Below, piece after piece: positions 17,177 through 27,203 of a DNA stretch of 64,000 nucleotides; the first letter of the stretch is position 1, and every line of letters starts with the position of its first letter. Where the stretch lies: positions 2,112,001 through 2,176,000 of the forward strand of contig OY970368.1 of NCBI GenBank assembly GCA_963718615.1, written 5' to 3'. Source of the DNA: an uncultured cyanobacterium (GTDB lineage: Bacteria > Cyanobacteriota > Cyanobacteriia > PCC-9006 > JAAUQQ01). Made by a program: the position numbers and the translations under genes. The notes under the pieces were generated by a model. It saw nothing but the letters and a program-made list of their open reading frames with translations, searched no databases and was not told the DNA's origin.

Positions 17177-19936
17177 TTACGCGAGTTGGGTAACCTGCAT
17201 AAAGCTACGCAGAAACTCAATAATATTTTGCAGATTTGCCCTCAAAACACTAGAGTTCTTTTTGAACTTGGAGAAGTCTATCGGATTCAGAAAAAATTCA
17301 AAAAGGCCATTTCAAAATATGAAAAAGCATTAGCAGTTGATTCTACGTATAAGCAGGCCCAGCTTCGCAGCATGCAGGTACATCGTGAATTAGGTCATTG
17401 GGAAATAGTTGAGAATCACTGGAAAAAAGTCGTTCATAATAATGAATTAGACCGATTTCAAGCCTGTGTTCAACTCGGTATGCTCGAAAGATATAGAGGT
17501 CTACATAGTCGAGCAATAGGCTGGTTTGAGAAAGCCTTAGAGAATAAGTTGAGACTAAATCAGAAGCTACAAGTTCAGATTTACATAGCAGAAGAACTTC
17601 GAGATTTAAATAAACTTGAAGCAGCCCAATCATTAAGTGAATTATTAGTAGAGCAAAATTCTTGTGAACCATCTACATTCATTGTTTTAGCAAGTATTTT
17701 TCAACGGAAGAAAGACTTTGAAAGTGCTATAAAATGGTACAAAAGAGCACTAAATATAAATCCTAACCATATTAGTTGTAAACTAAATTTAGCCAAAAAT
17801 TTATATTATGTAGGGAGGGCTGAAGATGCGCTAAAGCTACTTGAAGTAGCCCGTAAAGATGACTACAGTTTTCTAGCTTTGCAGCTCTGTAAGATAGAGA
17901 TTTTACAAGATAACGGTTCTTTCAGTGATGCTGAAACTCATCTTCTGGAGCTAAGGAAAATATTTCCTAGTGAACCACATATAATATTTCAGCTTGCGTG
18001 TCTAAAGAGTACTCAAGGGAACCTAGAAGAATCTTTAAGTTGGTTCAACAAACTAAAAAAAGAAAATATAAGCAACAAGAAGCTACTTAGTACTAGATTA
18101 AAAATTATTGAGAAGCTTATCCAATTAGATTTTTTAAATGAAGCTTACGAAGAGGCAGAAGGGGCTCTTTTCGCATATCCCAACCACCAGAAAGTTCTTG
18201 CTTTCTTAGTAAAGATATATATTAAGAAAGTAGACTTTTCGCCTGCGATTGAGATTTGTAATCAAATTCTTTCGAAGAATCCTTATGATTTTAGCATTCA
18301 TCTAGATCTGGTTTATATTTTAAGCAATACAAATCGAGTAGCCGAAGCAATAGATCGACTTGAAAGTCTCTACAATTCCGACTGTAAAGATTGGCGTATC
18401 CCTAATCGTCTTGGAGAACTTGCGCAGGCATCAGGAGATTGGTTAGGGGCAAAAAATTGGTATGAGGTAGCTATAAGCATATGTCCTTCCATTCCAGCTA
18501 TTCATACTGCTCTTGCTGAAGTAGTATATCGACAAGGGGATGTAGATCTAGCACTAATGACTCTACACCATGCACAAAGATCTCTACCTAATGCATATGA
18601 ACTGATGGTCAAAGAAGCCGATCTTAGTAAAAGAAGAGGTTATCCTGAAGAAGCTCTAGCTCTTCTAAATCGAGCTGCTGAAAAGTTTTACAACACTACA
18701 GCCATTGAGGTAGAAAGGTGCAGCCTATACCTCGAACTAGGCAAATTTTCACTAATTGGCGAAGCTTTAAAGGATCGCCAGTGCTACTTACCAACGTGGC
18801 GCAAGAAAGCTGAGCAAATATTAGGAAACGTAGCCTTACGTCAATTCAACTTCAAGAAGGCAGAATGTCATTTTAGAACTGCAATTTCTCTAAATCCTCC
18901 CCTAACCAGCGAATATCAGAAACTTGCGCAGACTCTAATGATGCAAGGTCACTTAGATGATGCCTGGGAAAGTCTTAAACAGGCAACTGATGAGCTTCTT
19001 ATCAAGATCTCACCAGGAGCTTCGGGTACACCATTGAAAGGTCATCTTGCAGCTATAGTTAATCAATTCAGAGCGAATCCTAGCCAACTTAAGAAGGTTC
19101 AGCGATCGCTTGATGAAGACGGAGCTGAGAGACTACGGGCACTGGCAAGCGTTATAGTAGAGGAGCCTGACTATGTAGGCAGCTCACTTTTGCTACTTGC
19201 GGCTCTGAGACAACAAGGTTTTTTCAAGCAAATTACAGATCAGCATAATTATTCTAATAGTCTGAGAAAAAAGTCAACCAATACCATTCCTCGCAGAATT
19301 GCTCAGTTTTGGAATGATCCAGAACCCCCTGCTGATGTCAAAGAGGTCATGTCTAGCTGGAAAACTAAAAATCCAGATTATGAATACACTCTATTCTCAC
19401 GAATCAGTGCAATAGAGTTTCTTAAGCAATATTATGACAGAGATACTGTGCACGCTTTTTTGAATTGCGAGCACCCCGCTACGCAAGCTGATTTCTTTCG
19501 CCTAGCATACTTAAATAAAGTAGGTGGTTTTTATGCAGATGTAGATGATCGTTGTTTAGAAAGTATTGATCCGATAGTTCGTATGAATAACAGCTTAGTT
19601 GTTTATCAAGAAGAGTTTTCTCTAGGAAATAGTTTCTTAGGATGCATACCAGGACAGATAGTGATTCGGATAGCGTTTGAGAAAGCAGTTAAAAATTTGA
19701 AGGAATACAATGCTGAAAGTCCTTGGTTCAAGACAGGGCCAGGATTGTTGAGCAGTGCCTTTTGTATTGCAGTATTACCTTACATATGCTCTTTTGAGGA
19801 AAAAACTTCTTCTGAAATGCTAGTTCTAGAACTTCATGAACTCAAACATTTTGTCTGGTGTGGAACTCATTTAAGTTATAAGTCAACTTCGAAAAGCTGG
19901 TACCATAAAACTTACAACCTTCTTTTAAAGAGCTAA
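16910..19936 (+). CDS. TPR-repeat protein with GT32 domain; chimeric (GC-rich first ~90 codons, AT-rich remainder)
   Basis: IPRRIAQFWND, NPDYEY, QADFFRLAYLNKVGGFYADVDD; abrupt composition change after 17176. Confidence 0.9.
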   Translation: MTQTPERQLKTAEARLAAALALREAGDLVGAVGLLRELLGEESGFVRGWIELGRTLRRLGEREAALEAFGEAERLEPKHLQSRIEGAIELRELGNLHKATQKLNNILQICPQNTRVLFELGEVYRIQKKFKKAISKYEKALAVDSTYKQAQLRSMQVHRELGHWEIVENHWKKVVHNNELDRFQACVQLGMLERYRGLHSRAIGWFEKALENKLRLNQKLQVQIYIAEELRDLNKLEAAQSLSELLVEQNSCEPSTFIVLASIFQRKKDFESAIKWYKRALNINPNHISCKLNLAKNLYYVGRAEDALKLLEVARKDDYSFLALQLCKIEILQDNGSFSDAETHLLELRKIFPSEPHIIFQLACLKSTQGNLEESLSWFNKLKKENISNKKLLSTRLKIIEKLIQLDFLNEAYEEAEGALFAYPNHQKVLAFLVKIYIKKVDFSPAIEICNQILSKNPYDFSIHLDLVYILSNTNRVAEAIDRLESLYNSDCKDWRIPNRLGELAQASGDWLGAKNWYEVAISICPSIPAIHTALAEVVYRQGDVDLALMTLHHAQRSLPNAYELMVKEADLSKRRGYPEEALALLNRAAEKFYNTTAIEVERCSLYLELGKFSLIGEALKDRQCYLPTWRKKAEQILGNVALRQFNFKKAECHFRTAISLNPPLTSEYQKLAQTLMMQGHLDDAWESLKQATDELLIKISPGASGTPLKGHLAAIVNQFRANPSQLKKVQRSLDEDGAERLRALASVIVEEPDYVGSSLLLLAALRQQGFFKQITDQHNYSNSLRKKSTNTIPRRIAQFWNDPEPPADVKEVMSSWKTKNPDYEYTLFSRISAIEFLKQYYDRDTVHAFLNCEHPATQADFFRLAYLNKVGGFYADVDDRCLESIDPIVRMNNSLVVYQEEFSLGNSFLGCIPGQIVIRIAFEKAVKNLKEYNAESPWFKTGPGLLSSAFCIAVLPYICSFEEKTSSEMLVLELHELKHFVWCGTHLSYKSTSKSWYHKTYNLLLKS

Positions 19937-19982
19937 TGCCTCTTGATTTGGCAAGCCAAATTAAATTTAGAACAGAAATCAA

Positions 19983-21323
19983 TTAAAGTTTGAGATTATT
20001 TATAACTGTTAAAGCACCTTTTTTAGAAGTCAGATCCCTATCTACCAAGTATGCATAATCTGTTCTTGGAGTTGACTTTCCTTCATGGTTTGGCTGCTCA
20101 CAATACTGAATATACAAAGTTAAGATTTCATCTCTTTGCCAGCGGATGCGGTCTATTATTGGTTCATAGTAACCTAGCGGCTGATCCCACAATACAAGTG
20201 TATCTGTATATTTGACTTCGTATAGTGGAGGCAACAGTCGTTGGGCGACTAATTTGTCTTTAGTCAGATCGCCACGATAGATTACGTACACAACGTCATT
20301 TTTATCAATAACGATTTCTGGTCGGCTAATGGGTAGTTGTAGTGTTCCACTCCCTGAAAGAGTAAACGGTCTGTCTCTTTTTGATATACACTGACACTTC
20401 CATTGCCCCCTATCAAACCACAAGTGCTGGTATTGCGGTACTCCACTGGGATCATTCGCGTAGAAGACAATATGAGGATTACCCTTGCTATCAACGGCCA
20501 TGCTAGTTTGATTAATAAGATTTGATCCTGGAGAAACTGCAAAGACTGTCTCTGAATTTACCTGAGTGATGGGCAGAAACAATGGTTGCCCACGCGAGGA
20601 GCTCCAGGTAATTCCGTTATCTCCAGATTTTGCATAGTCTATATTAGAATTATTAATTATTTTCTCTTGAGTCGTATAATCTGTACGCCAGGTGAACGAT
20701 AAATGTATAGTTCCATTTTTATCTATACATGGATGATTCCAGTATGGATTACTTGTCCAAGGTTGGTGAGATAATCCAGACAAAATTTCAATGCTGCGAT
20801 CGATCCAGGTTTTTTTATTTTCCGAATATTCCTTTAATTTAGTTCGGCCACATTTCCAATTTCCCTCTCTATACATAAATAAAAGAGGTTTCTGCTTGTT
20901 TTGTACTATAAAGGTTGGATACGTAATTTTTTCTTCTGGCTGACCAGACATCGAAATTTCATCTGACCAATTGTAGATATCAAGTGCATGTTTAGAGCGT
21001 CGGTAGCGTAATCTTGAGCCATGCAAATCATAAGATATGTGCAAGCAACCTTCTCTATCCATACCAAGACTAATGCAGTTGTGTGCATCCTGAATATTAT
21101 AAATTCCTTTAATATCATAGATACATATGCTAGCATTACCTAGATTACGCCGAACGACTCTAAGATTAAAAGCACTTCGATAAAATGCTGTGAATTGATA
21201 GCTATTTATTGTAAGGATTGAATGATGTCTAAAAATCGCAGTATTGAGAGCATTACCTGACCACGCCTTACCTAAGTTAATTTTTTGATGAGAATACATC
21301 AGCTCGTTCTTTATTAAGGTCAT
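19983..21323 (-). CDS. BNR repeat-containing (BNR_4-like) beta-propeller protein
   Basis: QFTAFY, DAHN.ISLG.D..G.LHISYDLHG, TYPTF, YAKS.DNG.TW Asp-box, NQTSM. Confidence 0.8.
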   Translation of the reverse strand: MTLIKNELMYSHQKINLGKAWSGNALNTAIFRHHSILTINSYQFTAFYRSAFNLRVVRRNLGNASICIYDIKGIYNIQDAHNCISLGMDREGCLHISYDLHGSRLRYRRSKHALDIYNWSDEISMSGQPEEKITYPTFIVQNKQKPLLFMYREGNWKCGRTKLKEYSENKKTWIDRSIEILSGLSHQPWTSNPYWNHPCIDKNGTIHLSFTWRTDYTTQEKIINNSNIDYAKSGDNGITWSSSRGQPLFLPITQVNSETVFAVSPGSNLINQTSMAVDSKGNPHIVFYANDPSGVPQYQHLWFDRGQWKCQCISKRDRPFTLSGSGTLQLPISRPEIVIDKNDVVYVIYRGDLTKDKLVAQRLLPPLYEVKYTDTLVLWDQPLGYYEPIIDRIRWQRDEILTLYIQYCEQPNHEGKSTPRTDYAYLVDRDLTSKKGALTVINNLKL

Positions 21324-21810
21324 GAAACTGATTGACGGATACTTATCAAGTAAATCTTGTTAGGCAAGTTTACTCAACTCTAAAGTACCTACTATGTAGG
21401 GGGCTTAGATTTAATCTACTCCTTTTGTATTGCTAGACTTGCCCCTATCTCAGGCAGCGCTATCTAAAGGCTAAAAATTTTCCTAGACAAGCGTTCACAA
21501 GCGAGATTGATGAGACTTGCGTGAGAAGTATTAGTCGCTTATGGCAATTCACTTATCAAAGAAAAACAGCCTTTTAGATAAAATGATTTAGTTTTTCTTA
21601 GCTTTCAAGGTAACACATAACAATTCAAACTCTTATAGAATGCATATTTCTTAAACCGCTCCAAGACAGAAACCAGTAGTTTTAGCTGATCGGCTGAAAG
21701 TCTCTCTAGTTAAGAGCTACAGCTCAAGCAGAGCTCTGGGAGAAACCATGGTTTTCAAAGTTGGAGCGGTTTATGTCTTAAGGTTATGTATACAATTACG
21801 GCTCTACAGT

Positions 21811-23661
21811 CTATATGGGCTTGCGAGAAATAAAAGTTATAAGCTTTTGGATTTCGGAATCTTTGTTTTTTATTCGAAAATCTTCGGTATCGAATCCAAT
21901 TGTTTTCAAATTTTCAAAAATATCATTTCCAAATTCTGTATAGACAAGCGATTGACTACCATCTCCTGCAATATGATATCTTGGCTCCAATAAATGAATA
22001 TCTTTATCTCCAGATACATCAACACGATAGATAGTGCGAGCTTGTAAAGGGTGCTGTACTGGTATTGTAAATATATGATACCCACCGGGTTTCAATATAC
22101 GAAAAATCTCTCTGAAAGCCAACCAAGGATGACGAACATGTTCCATAATATCAGAAGTTATAATTAAATCAAATTTATCTTCTTCGTATGTTAAGTTTTC
22201 AAGGTTTTGACATTGAATACCATCCACAAATTCACCTTCTTCTACATCCTCCCAGTAGTATGACTGCTTATAACTCGGCAAGTCTTTAAAATAGCTTCTG
22301 AATGAACCGATTATTCCAGGCTCATAAATTGAGCAAAATTTAAAGTTTTGCTCTTTACAAAGTTCTTCGATTGAAAAAGAATTTTGCTTAGAGAAGCATT
22401 TCACTATCGCCGCTGCCTGACCTCGATGCCGAAGCGAAGCTTTGCAGTGAATACATCTATACCCCTCACGCAAAAACTTATGATTTTTATGAAAAACTTG
22501 ACTTTTTCCACAAACACTACATGAGTCATTATAACTGTGCTCTGTAGATTCTAAGAAAGTCTTTTTTATATCTACCGTCTCTTCAAAAGGAAAGCCAGAT
22601 TTAGAAAGATCTACTGATGAACTCACAATCTTTGCAGATTTCTTATTTTCATTAATTACATTTAACGAAAATAAATTATTACAAGCCTGATGAATTTCTG
22701 CTATTGGTACATCACTATTTGAAATTCTACAGTTAAAAATCATACAACTTTTAGCACCTTTACTTCCTTGCAGCAAAATTCCATAATCAGTATTATTTTC
22801 AATGCAAGAATCAGTAATGACAACACCAGATGCATTTGATACTAAAATTCCTACTTCTTTATTTTTTGTAAATTCTCCTGTTATGAATACACTACTTAAC
22901 TGATGGTTATGAGAACCACACAAAGCTAAGCCTCTCTTGCAATCGCTGGCACAGCACTTGGCAACTGCATTATGAAGAGAAGAATAATTAGAGTCTAACA
23001 TTATTCCATTGCCTGTCGATTTCTCAACTCTTGCCTCTAAGTGTATATTGGTACCACCATCAAGATGAATAGCTGAGTGCATCTTATCTAGGCCTGAATT
23101 ATAAACATAGGCACCCAAGATAAGTAAATTATCGGCTTTGCTACTCGATATTCCGCTCCAGCCGACATTGGAAGAGCTAAAATCTTCAATTTTCAAATCG
23201 CTACAGGCATTAAAATGAATACCTGTATGTAATAAGTTATTTGCTTCCAAATTTAGAAACTCAGCATTTCTCACCCGTTTGAGGTATATCGCATTGCATG
23301 TGAGCAAGCGCTTATCGTTCGGTAGTCGAGATTGATACTCTTTGTTTCCTTCAAATGAAACATTTGATATCCTTAGATATGAATTTCCTTTTTCATAATC
23401 ACTATTTGTTAGAATATGGCAATTACTGCCGGGAACAAGAGTTAACTTACTTTTGTTCTCTGGGTCTCCTTTTAGCCAGACCTTACTAGATACTACAATT
23501 GTTTTGCTTATTAAATATTCACCAGGAAGAAGCTGAATAATTAACCAATCTTTTGAGTTATTAATAGCATTTTGAATGGCAGAAGACGTTCTTTCTTCAA
23601 TTAACAATATTGTGGCATTACTCCAAAAATCATTCTGTGACGAAACTTCAGCTAATTTCAT
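21811..23661 (-). CDS. Right-handed beta-helix domain fused to CxxC-CxxC plus class I SAM methyltransferase
   Basis: PGEYLI.. beta-helix repeats; CSVCG..CIHC; FDLIITSDIMEHV, FRILKPGGYHIFTIP. Confidence 0.75.
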   Translation of the reverse strand: MKLAEVSSQNDFWSNATILLIEERTSSAIQNAINNSKDWLIIQLLPGEYLISKTIVVSSKVWLKGDPENKSKLTLVPGSNCHILTNSDYEKGNSYLRISNVSFEGNKEYQSRLPNDKRLLTCNAIYLKRVRNAEFLNLEANNLLHTGIHFNACSDLKIEDFSSSNVGWSGISSSKADNLLILGAYVYNSGLDKMHSAIHLDGGTNIHLEARVEKSTGNGIMLDSNYSSLHNAVAKCCASDCKRGLALCGSHNHQLSSVFITGEFTKNKEVGILVSNASGVVITDSCIENNTDYGILLQGSKGAKSCMIFNCRISNSDVPIAEIHQACNNLFSLNVINENKKSAKIVSSSVDLSKSGFPFEETVDIKKTFLESTEHSYNDSCSVCGKSQVFHKNHKFLREGYRCIHCKASLRHRGQAAAIVKCFSKQNSFSIEELCKEQNFKFCSIYEPGIIGSFRSYFKDLPSYKQSYYWEDVEEGEFVDGIQCQNLENLTYEEDKFDLIITSDIMEHVRHPWLAFREIFRILKPGGYHIFTIPVQHPLQARTIYRVDVSGDKDIHLLEPRYHIAGDGSQSLVYTEFGNDIFENLKTIGFDTEDFRIKNKDSEIQKLITFISRKPI

Positions 23662-23721
23662 TGTAATTCTCCTGTTTTTAATGCGTCTAGCTTGATGGCG
23701 AGATGGTAAAACGAATAAAAC

Positions 23722-26700
23722 TTATATCTTCTGCGCAACAAATGTGATCAATCGATGAATATCTGTATCATTTTTCTCTAATCTAAACAGTGACACCTTA
23801 AATCCAATAGATTTAAGATACTTTATTAAGTCCTCTCCATAGGAAAATTGAACCGATCGATCACTTAAGGCCTCGAGGGTATTATGCATTTGGAAGTCTT
23901 TTGTTACTCCTCCAGAAGATATAACACGCCCATCTTTTTGCTTGACTGTAAATGTTGTCTTCTCTGGAATAGGATCCGTGACTGGTATAGAGAAAATATG
24001 ATAGCCTCCAGGTCTCAAAACTCTTTGAATTTCCTTCAATGCATGAGAAGGTTGCGAAACACATTGTAAGATGTCTGAACTAAGAACCAGGTCAAATTTC
24101 TCATCACTATAAATGAGTCTTTGTAGATCTTGTATTTGAACTCCATTTACGTAGCTTCCTGGTTTACTATTCAATTGGTATGAGGATTGAGTATAGTTTT
24201 CTAGTTTGGATAAATATTTTCTCAATGGACCGATTAATCCAGGCTCATAGATTGATAATTTTCTAAAAGATTCTTCCTTGCAAAGATTTACAAGAGTAGT
24301 AGAGTTTTTCTGAGAAAAAATTCTCAGAATCACTTCTACTTGTCCTCTGTATCTCAACGATGAATTGCAGTTTTTACATTTGTATCCTTCTCGTAGGGAG
24401 CGTTGCTCTTTTTGAAATATTTGATCAGTACCACATACATTACATACTGCATGATACTCCTCTTTTAGAGGCTTGCTTTTAGAGGTTTTTTGATTTGGCT
24501 GCTCTACTACATTCTTTTGATTTCTAATCTGCTCACAGCTAGAAAGTGACAAATGATAAACTGGCGATTGTTTTAGATAATTAGTGTCTATATTATTTAG
24601 AATGGTTTTGAGGCGATTTTCCCAACTTATTTTATCAAGAAGATCAGTTCTATACTTGGTAGAATTCTCATTACTGCACATCGTATCTAATAAGTATTCA
24701 CTTATTGAGTCAACAAAGGCACTATAGTTACTTGCAATTTTCAGAATCCCCTTTAAGTCGTCAATATTTAGAATGGGTGTACTAACGATAGGAATACCCA
24801 TCGCATAATAAACATAGAGCTTCAATGGATTCATACTACGTGTTAGCTCATTGTCTAAGTGGGGAATAATACCCACATCAAAGTTCTGAATGAAAGCTAA
24901 GGATTCATCGTACGGCCTTACCCCCAGCAGATGAACATTCTCAAGGCTTGAAAGCTCAAATATTTTAGAGCTTCCATGAGCAGAACCAATGACAACAAGG
25001 TTCCAGTCTTTTCTGCTAACCGCAATATATCTCATCAGGTCCACGTCAACGCGATCTGATAAATTTCCAACATATCCAATAATAGGCCCGGAAAGAGAGG
25101 CCAACTCTTCTGGTTTCTGAAGAACTTTTGTTCTATCAAAAATTTCTGCGCCATTTTGAACAACTGTAATATTTGGGTTAATCTTCTGAAACGAACTCTT
25201 CGTTGTCTCGCAGTTTGCAAAGGCTATATTTGACAATTCAAGAGTTTGACGATAACTATCATCTAAGCGTTTAAAATACTTTGGATGAACGTCCCACTTC
25301 CGCTGATCGTCGATAATATCGGAAACAACAAAATCAAATTTAATTTCTTTTGAAATTTCTGGAAACTCAAAAACAACAGGACAAACCCATGCCATAACAT
25401 TAGAATCTATCTGTAAGCAGCAAAGTGTTTGCTTAATATATTCAATATAATTGCTTTTTTGAGGCAGATTAAAACCTAAGAAATCTTTTCCTTTCTTATC
25501 TTCTGTATAGATGAAAGTTCTTCGAAAGACATTTTGCGTATCTTGCATCTCTAAGAATCTTTCAACAGTATTAATAAATACCAAATTATTTTGACTGAAC
25601 TTTGACAAAGGACCTTTAGCAGTCTTCTTTTGTAGCTCTTCAATTGAAATAGGAGCATCAAAATGAACTATTTTTCCTATTCTCTTACTTTTAGAAAACT
25701 GCTTCAAGAGCATATCTTGCCGTCTCCCATATATGCCAGAATCATTCTGTTTCCAGAAAAATACGATATTAATAGGTTTATCTGGGGAAAACTTATATTC
25801 GATTTCCTCTGTATAGTCTTCTTGACTTAAATCTACATCTAACCTAGGCAATTTCACAGATGAACGTTTTTCTAGGAGTTCAAAGACTTGAGAGACTATG
25901 TAAGGATTCTTTTTATATTCTGACTTTGCAATCTCTAAAGAAAGCTTTATTCTCTCAGTATTTACGCAATAGCTAAATTCACTGAGAAAGTAATGTCTGC
26001 CAATTTTAGAAACAGCCAAATTTCCATTATACGAACCATAAAAGATGTCTTTAATTGACCTCTCCAATTCTTCATCAGTATTTACTGAGATAACACACTT
26101 GCTAGCAATTAGATCTTGAAGAGGTGGAACATTACTAACAATAGTAGGTATTCCCATTGCAAGTGCATCTGTAAGCTTTGCGGGTATCTGATAATTAGAT
26201 ATGGCCGATGATGGCTCTTGCAAAATACAGGCTAGATCGGCCATTGAAACAAGCTCCGGCAATCTCTCCCAAGGTTGATCAGGATTAAAATCAATTCTTG
26301 CATTTGGGTATTTCTCAAAATCCTTTAAAATTCTCTTATCTCTAATAGTTCCAATAATACACAATACGATTTTATTATCTTTAATTGACTCTAAAGCTTT
26401 GGCTATTCTATAAATACCTTTGTGAGGACGTGGTGTTCCAACAAATAGAATGACTTTGTCAGCCTCTGTATATCCAAATTCCTTTCGGATTTTATTGCGT
26501 TGAAAATTTACTGGATTGAATTGATCCTCATCTCTCGCATGCCTAACAATCAATCCTCCATATCGCTGTTGAAGCGAGATATTAGAGACTGTAATTGCAT
26601 CTGCACACGGAATTAAATTCTCACAAAAGCGAGTCCAAATTTCAGAATAAAGCTCACCTTCTTCTTGGTTTTGGAGGTCACTAATTAGATCTTTGTAAGA

Positions 26701-27162
26701 AGCAGAGCTTTGATTTTTGAAAAATGATAATTCATGATCATCAATATCTAGAATGAGTGGACAGTTACTGTAGTGCTTAATAAGAAATCCTAGAAAAAGA
26801 CTTGGAAATCTTGGTTTGCCAACATAAACATAGTCATAAAGATTATTACAAGCTAGTTCATGAGCACCTTTTATAAAAGATTTTAGATCGTCTGCTCTAA
26901 AGCTTCTAATGCTAATATCAATAGACTTGAGTGGTGGCCAAAGCTCATCTCCATAAGCAGGATGTATTGCACCAATTAATTCAACATTACCAAATCTTTT
27001 AGCCATATCTGCAAGAAGAAATGCTCGTCCAACAGGATTATGAGCTAAGTCCCAAGATACTACGGCAATTTTCGGTTTCTGGTATGGATTAGATGCCAAA
27101 ATTGGCACGCCAGATTTAATTTTGGAAAGGCTAGATGTTTTCATCTGATTGTGGTTACGCAT
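23722..27162 (-). CDS. Multidomain glycosyltransferase (two GT-B/GT4-like domains plus methyltransferase-like domain)
   Basis: FVGTPRPHKG, QIPAKLTDALAMG, IGYVGNL, NPLKLYVYYAMGIPIVST, CNVCG..CKNC, RVLRPGG. Confidence 0.8.
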   Translation of the reverse strand: MRNHNQMKTSSLSKIKSGVPILASNPYQKPKIAVVSWDLAHNPVGRAFLLADMAKRFGNVELIGAIHPAYGDELWPPLKSIDISIRSFRADDLKSFIKGAHELACNNLYDYVYVGKPRFPSLFLGFLIKHYSNCPLILDIDDHELSFFKNQSSASYKDLISDLQNQEEGELYSEIWTRFCENLIPCADAITVSNISLQQRYGGLIVRHARDEDQFNPVNFQRNKIRKEFGYTEADKVILFVGTPRPHKGIYRIAKALESIKDNKIVLCIIGTIRDKRILKDFEKYPNARIDFNPDQPWERLPELVSMADLACILQEPSSAISNYQIPAKLTDALAMGIPTIVSNVPPLQDLIASKCVISVNTDEELERSIKDIFYGSYNGNLAVSKIGRHYFLSEFSYCVNTERIKLSLEIAKSEYKKNPYIVSQVFELLEKRSSVKLPRLDVDLSQEDYTEEIEYKFSPDKPINIVFFWKQNDSGIYGRRQDMLLKQFSKSKRIGKIVHFDAPISIEELQKKTAKGPLSKFSQNNLVFINTVERFLEMQDTQNVFRRTFIYTEDKKGKDFLGFNLPQKSNYIEYIKQTLCCLQIDSNVMAWVCPVVFEFPEISKEIKFDFVVSDIIDDQRKWDVHPKYFKRLDDSYRQTLELSNIAFANCETTKSSFQKINPNITVVQNGAEIFDRTKVLQKPEELASLSGPIIGYVGNLSDRVDVDLMRYIAVSRKDWNLVVIGSAHGSSKIFELSSLENVHLLGVRPYDESLAFIQNFDVGIIPHLDNELTRSMNPLKLYVYYAMGIPIVSTPILNIDDLKGILKIASNYSAFVDSISEYLLDTMCSNENSTKYRTDLLDKISWENRLKTILNNIDTNYLKQSPVYHLSLSSCEQIRNQKNVVEQPNQKTSKSKPLKEEYHAVCNVCGTDQIFQKEQRSLREGYKCKNCNSSLRYRGQVEVILRIFSQKNSTTLVNLCKEESFRKLSIYEPGLIGPLRKYLSKLENYTQSSYQLNSKPGSYVNGVQIQDLQRLIYSDEKFDLVLSSDILQCVSQPSHALKEIQRVLRPGGYHIFSIPVTDPIPEKTTFTVKQKDGRVISSGGVTKDFQMHNTLEALSDRSVQFSYGEDLIKYLKSIGFKVSLFRLEKNDTDIHRLITFVAQKI

Positions 27163-27203
27163 GTCTCTCGAACCTTAAATATCGAATACTTACTGAGAAT
27201 TAT

